The position numbers and the translations under genes are program-made. The notes beneath the pieces were generated by a model. The model ran no database searches and was not told the DNA's origin. It saw nothing but the letters and a program-made list of their open reading frames with translations. Source: Tubiluchus corallicola (lineage: Eukaryota; Animalia; Priapulida). Taken from it: DNA of 64,000 bases. The DNA is taken from contig JAQGDQ010000928.1 of assembly GCA_030141605.1 (NCBI GenBank), positions 15,838 to 79,837 on the forward strand. Direction: 5' to 3'. Below are positions 63,015 to 64,000 of the stretch, in pieces; within the stretch, counting starts at the first letter, position 1; every line of letters begins with the position of its first letter.

Positions 63015-64000
63015 CATCTTTGTTCGGTTTTCTTCTTTGTTTTTGCGTTCGGTTTTCATCTTTGTTTTTGCGTTCGGTTTTCTTCTTTGTTTTTGAATTC
63101 GTTTTTCATCTTTGTTTTCGCATTCGGTTTTCTTCTTTGTTTTTGCGTTCGGTTTTCATCTTTGTTTTTGCGTTCCGTTTTCTTCTTTGTTTTTGCATTC
63201 GGTTTTCTTCTTTGTTTTCGCATTCGGTTTTCTTCTTTGTTTTTGCGTTCGGTTTTCTTCATTGTTTTTGCGTTCCGTTTTCTTCTTTGTTTTTGCATTC
63301 GGTTTTCATCTTTGTTTTCGCATTCGGTTTTCTTCTTTGTTTTTGCGTTCGGTTTTCTTCATTGTTTTTGCGCTCGGTTTTCATCTTTGTTTTTGCGTTC
63401 GGTTTTCATCTTTGTTTTTGCGTTCAGTTTTTATCTTTGTTTTTGCGTTCGGTTTTCTTCATTGTTTTTGCGTTCGGTTTTCTTCACTGTTTTTGCATTC
63501 GGTTTTCTTCATTGTTTTTGCGTTCGGTTTTCTTCTTTGTTTTTGCATTCGGTTTTCTTCATTGTTTTTGCGTTCGGTTTTCTTCATTGTTTTTGCATTC
63601 GGTTTTCTTCACTGTTTTTGCATTCGGTTTTCTTCATTGTTTTTGTGTTCGGTTTTCTTCACTGTTTTTGCGTTCGGTTTTCTTCATTGTTTTTGCGTTC
63701 GGTTTTCTTCATTGTTTTTGCGTTCGGTTTTCTTCATTGTTTTTGCGTTCGGTTTTCTTCATTGTTTTTGCGTTCGGTTTTCTTCATTGTTTTTGCGTTC
63801 GGTTTTCTTCATTGTTTTTGCATTCGGTTTTCTTCTTTGTTTTTGCGTTCGGTTTTCTTCTTTGTTTTTGCGTTCGGTTTTCTTCTTTGTTTTTGCGTTC
63901 GGTTTTCTTCATTGTTTTTGCATTCGGTTTTCATCTTTGTTTTTGCGTTCGGTTTTCTTCTTTGTTTTTGCGTTCGGTTTTCATCTTTGTTTTTGCGTTC
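63015..64000. repeat. 25-bp satellite running off the window end
   Basis: Unit gcgttcggttttcttctttgttttt. Confidence 0.95.

Noticed and set aside
63056-63298. Lys/Arg-rich protamine-like ORF
   Set aside because: Translation of the 25-bp satellite.

Overview
AT-rich animal (invertebrate-like) genomic DNA with spliceosomal introns, many mini/microsatellites and decayed transposons. The left third holds a multi-exon coiled-coil gene (+, about 645-18347) and an isolated TTLL4-like exon (-). The centre is a young 16.6-kb Ty3/gypsy-type LTR element (31953-48589). Its 473-bp AGT...ACT LTRs differ at only 3 positions by eye, and it has a tRNA-His-like PBS, a PPT, gag, a -1 frameshift with a candidate pseudoknot, PR-RT-RH-IN pol and an F-type (errantivirus/baculovirus-F-like) env. 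Unusually, it also carries accessory genes. These are an intronless, compact nuclear hormone receptor (C4 zinc-finger DBD plus LBD with no evident AF-2), a two-exon antisense gene, a small membrane protein, a basic 119-aa ORF and an env tail with two LC8-type KxTQT motifs. Several of these ORFs follow strong splice acceptors that are all in phase with one short internal leader exon, which suggests a complex-retrovirus-like expression programme. The right quarter has LINE remnants and satellites. All calls are from reading the sequence by eye; no searches were run.
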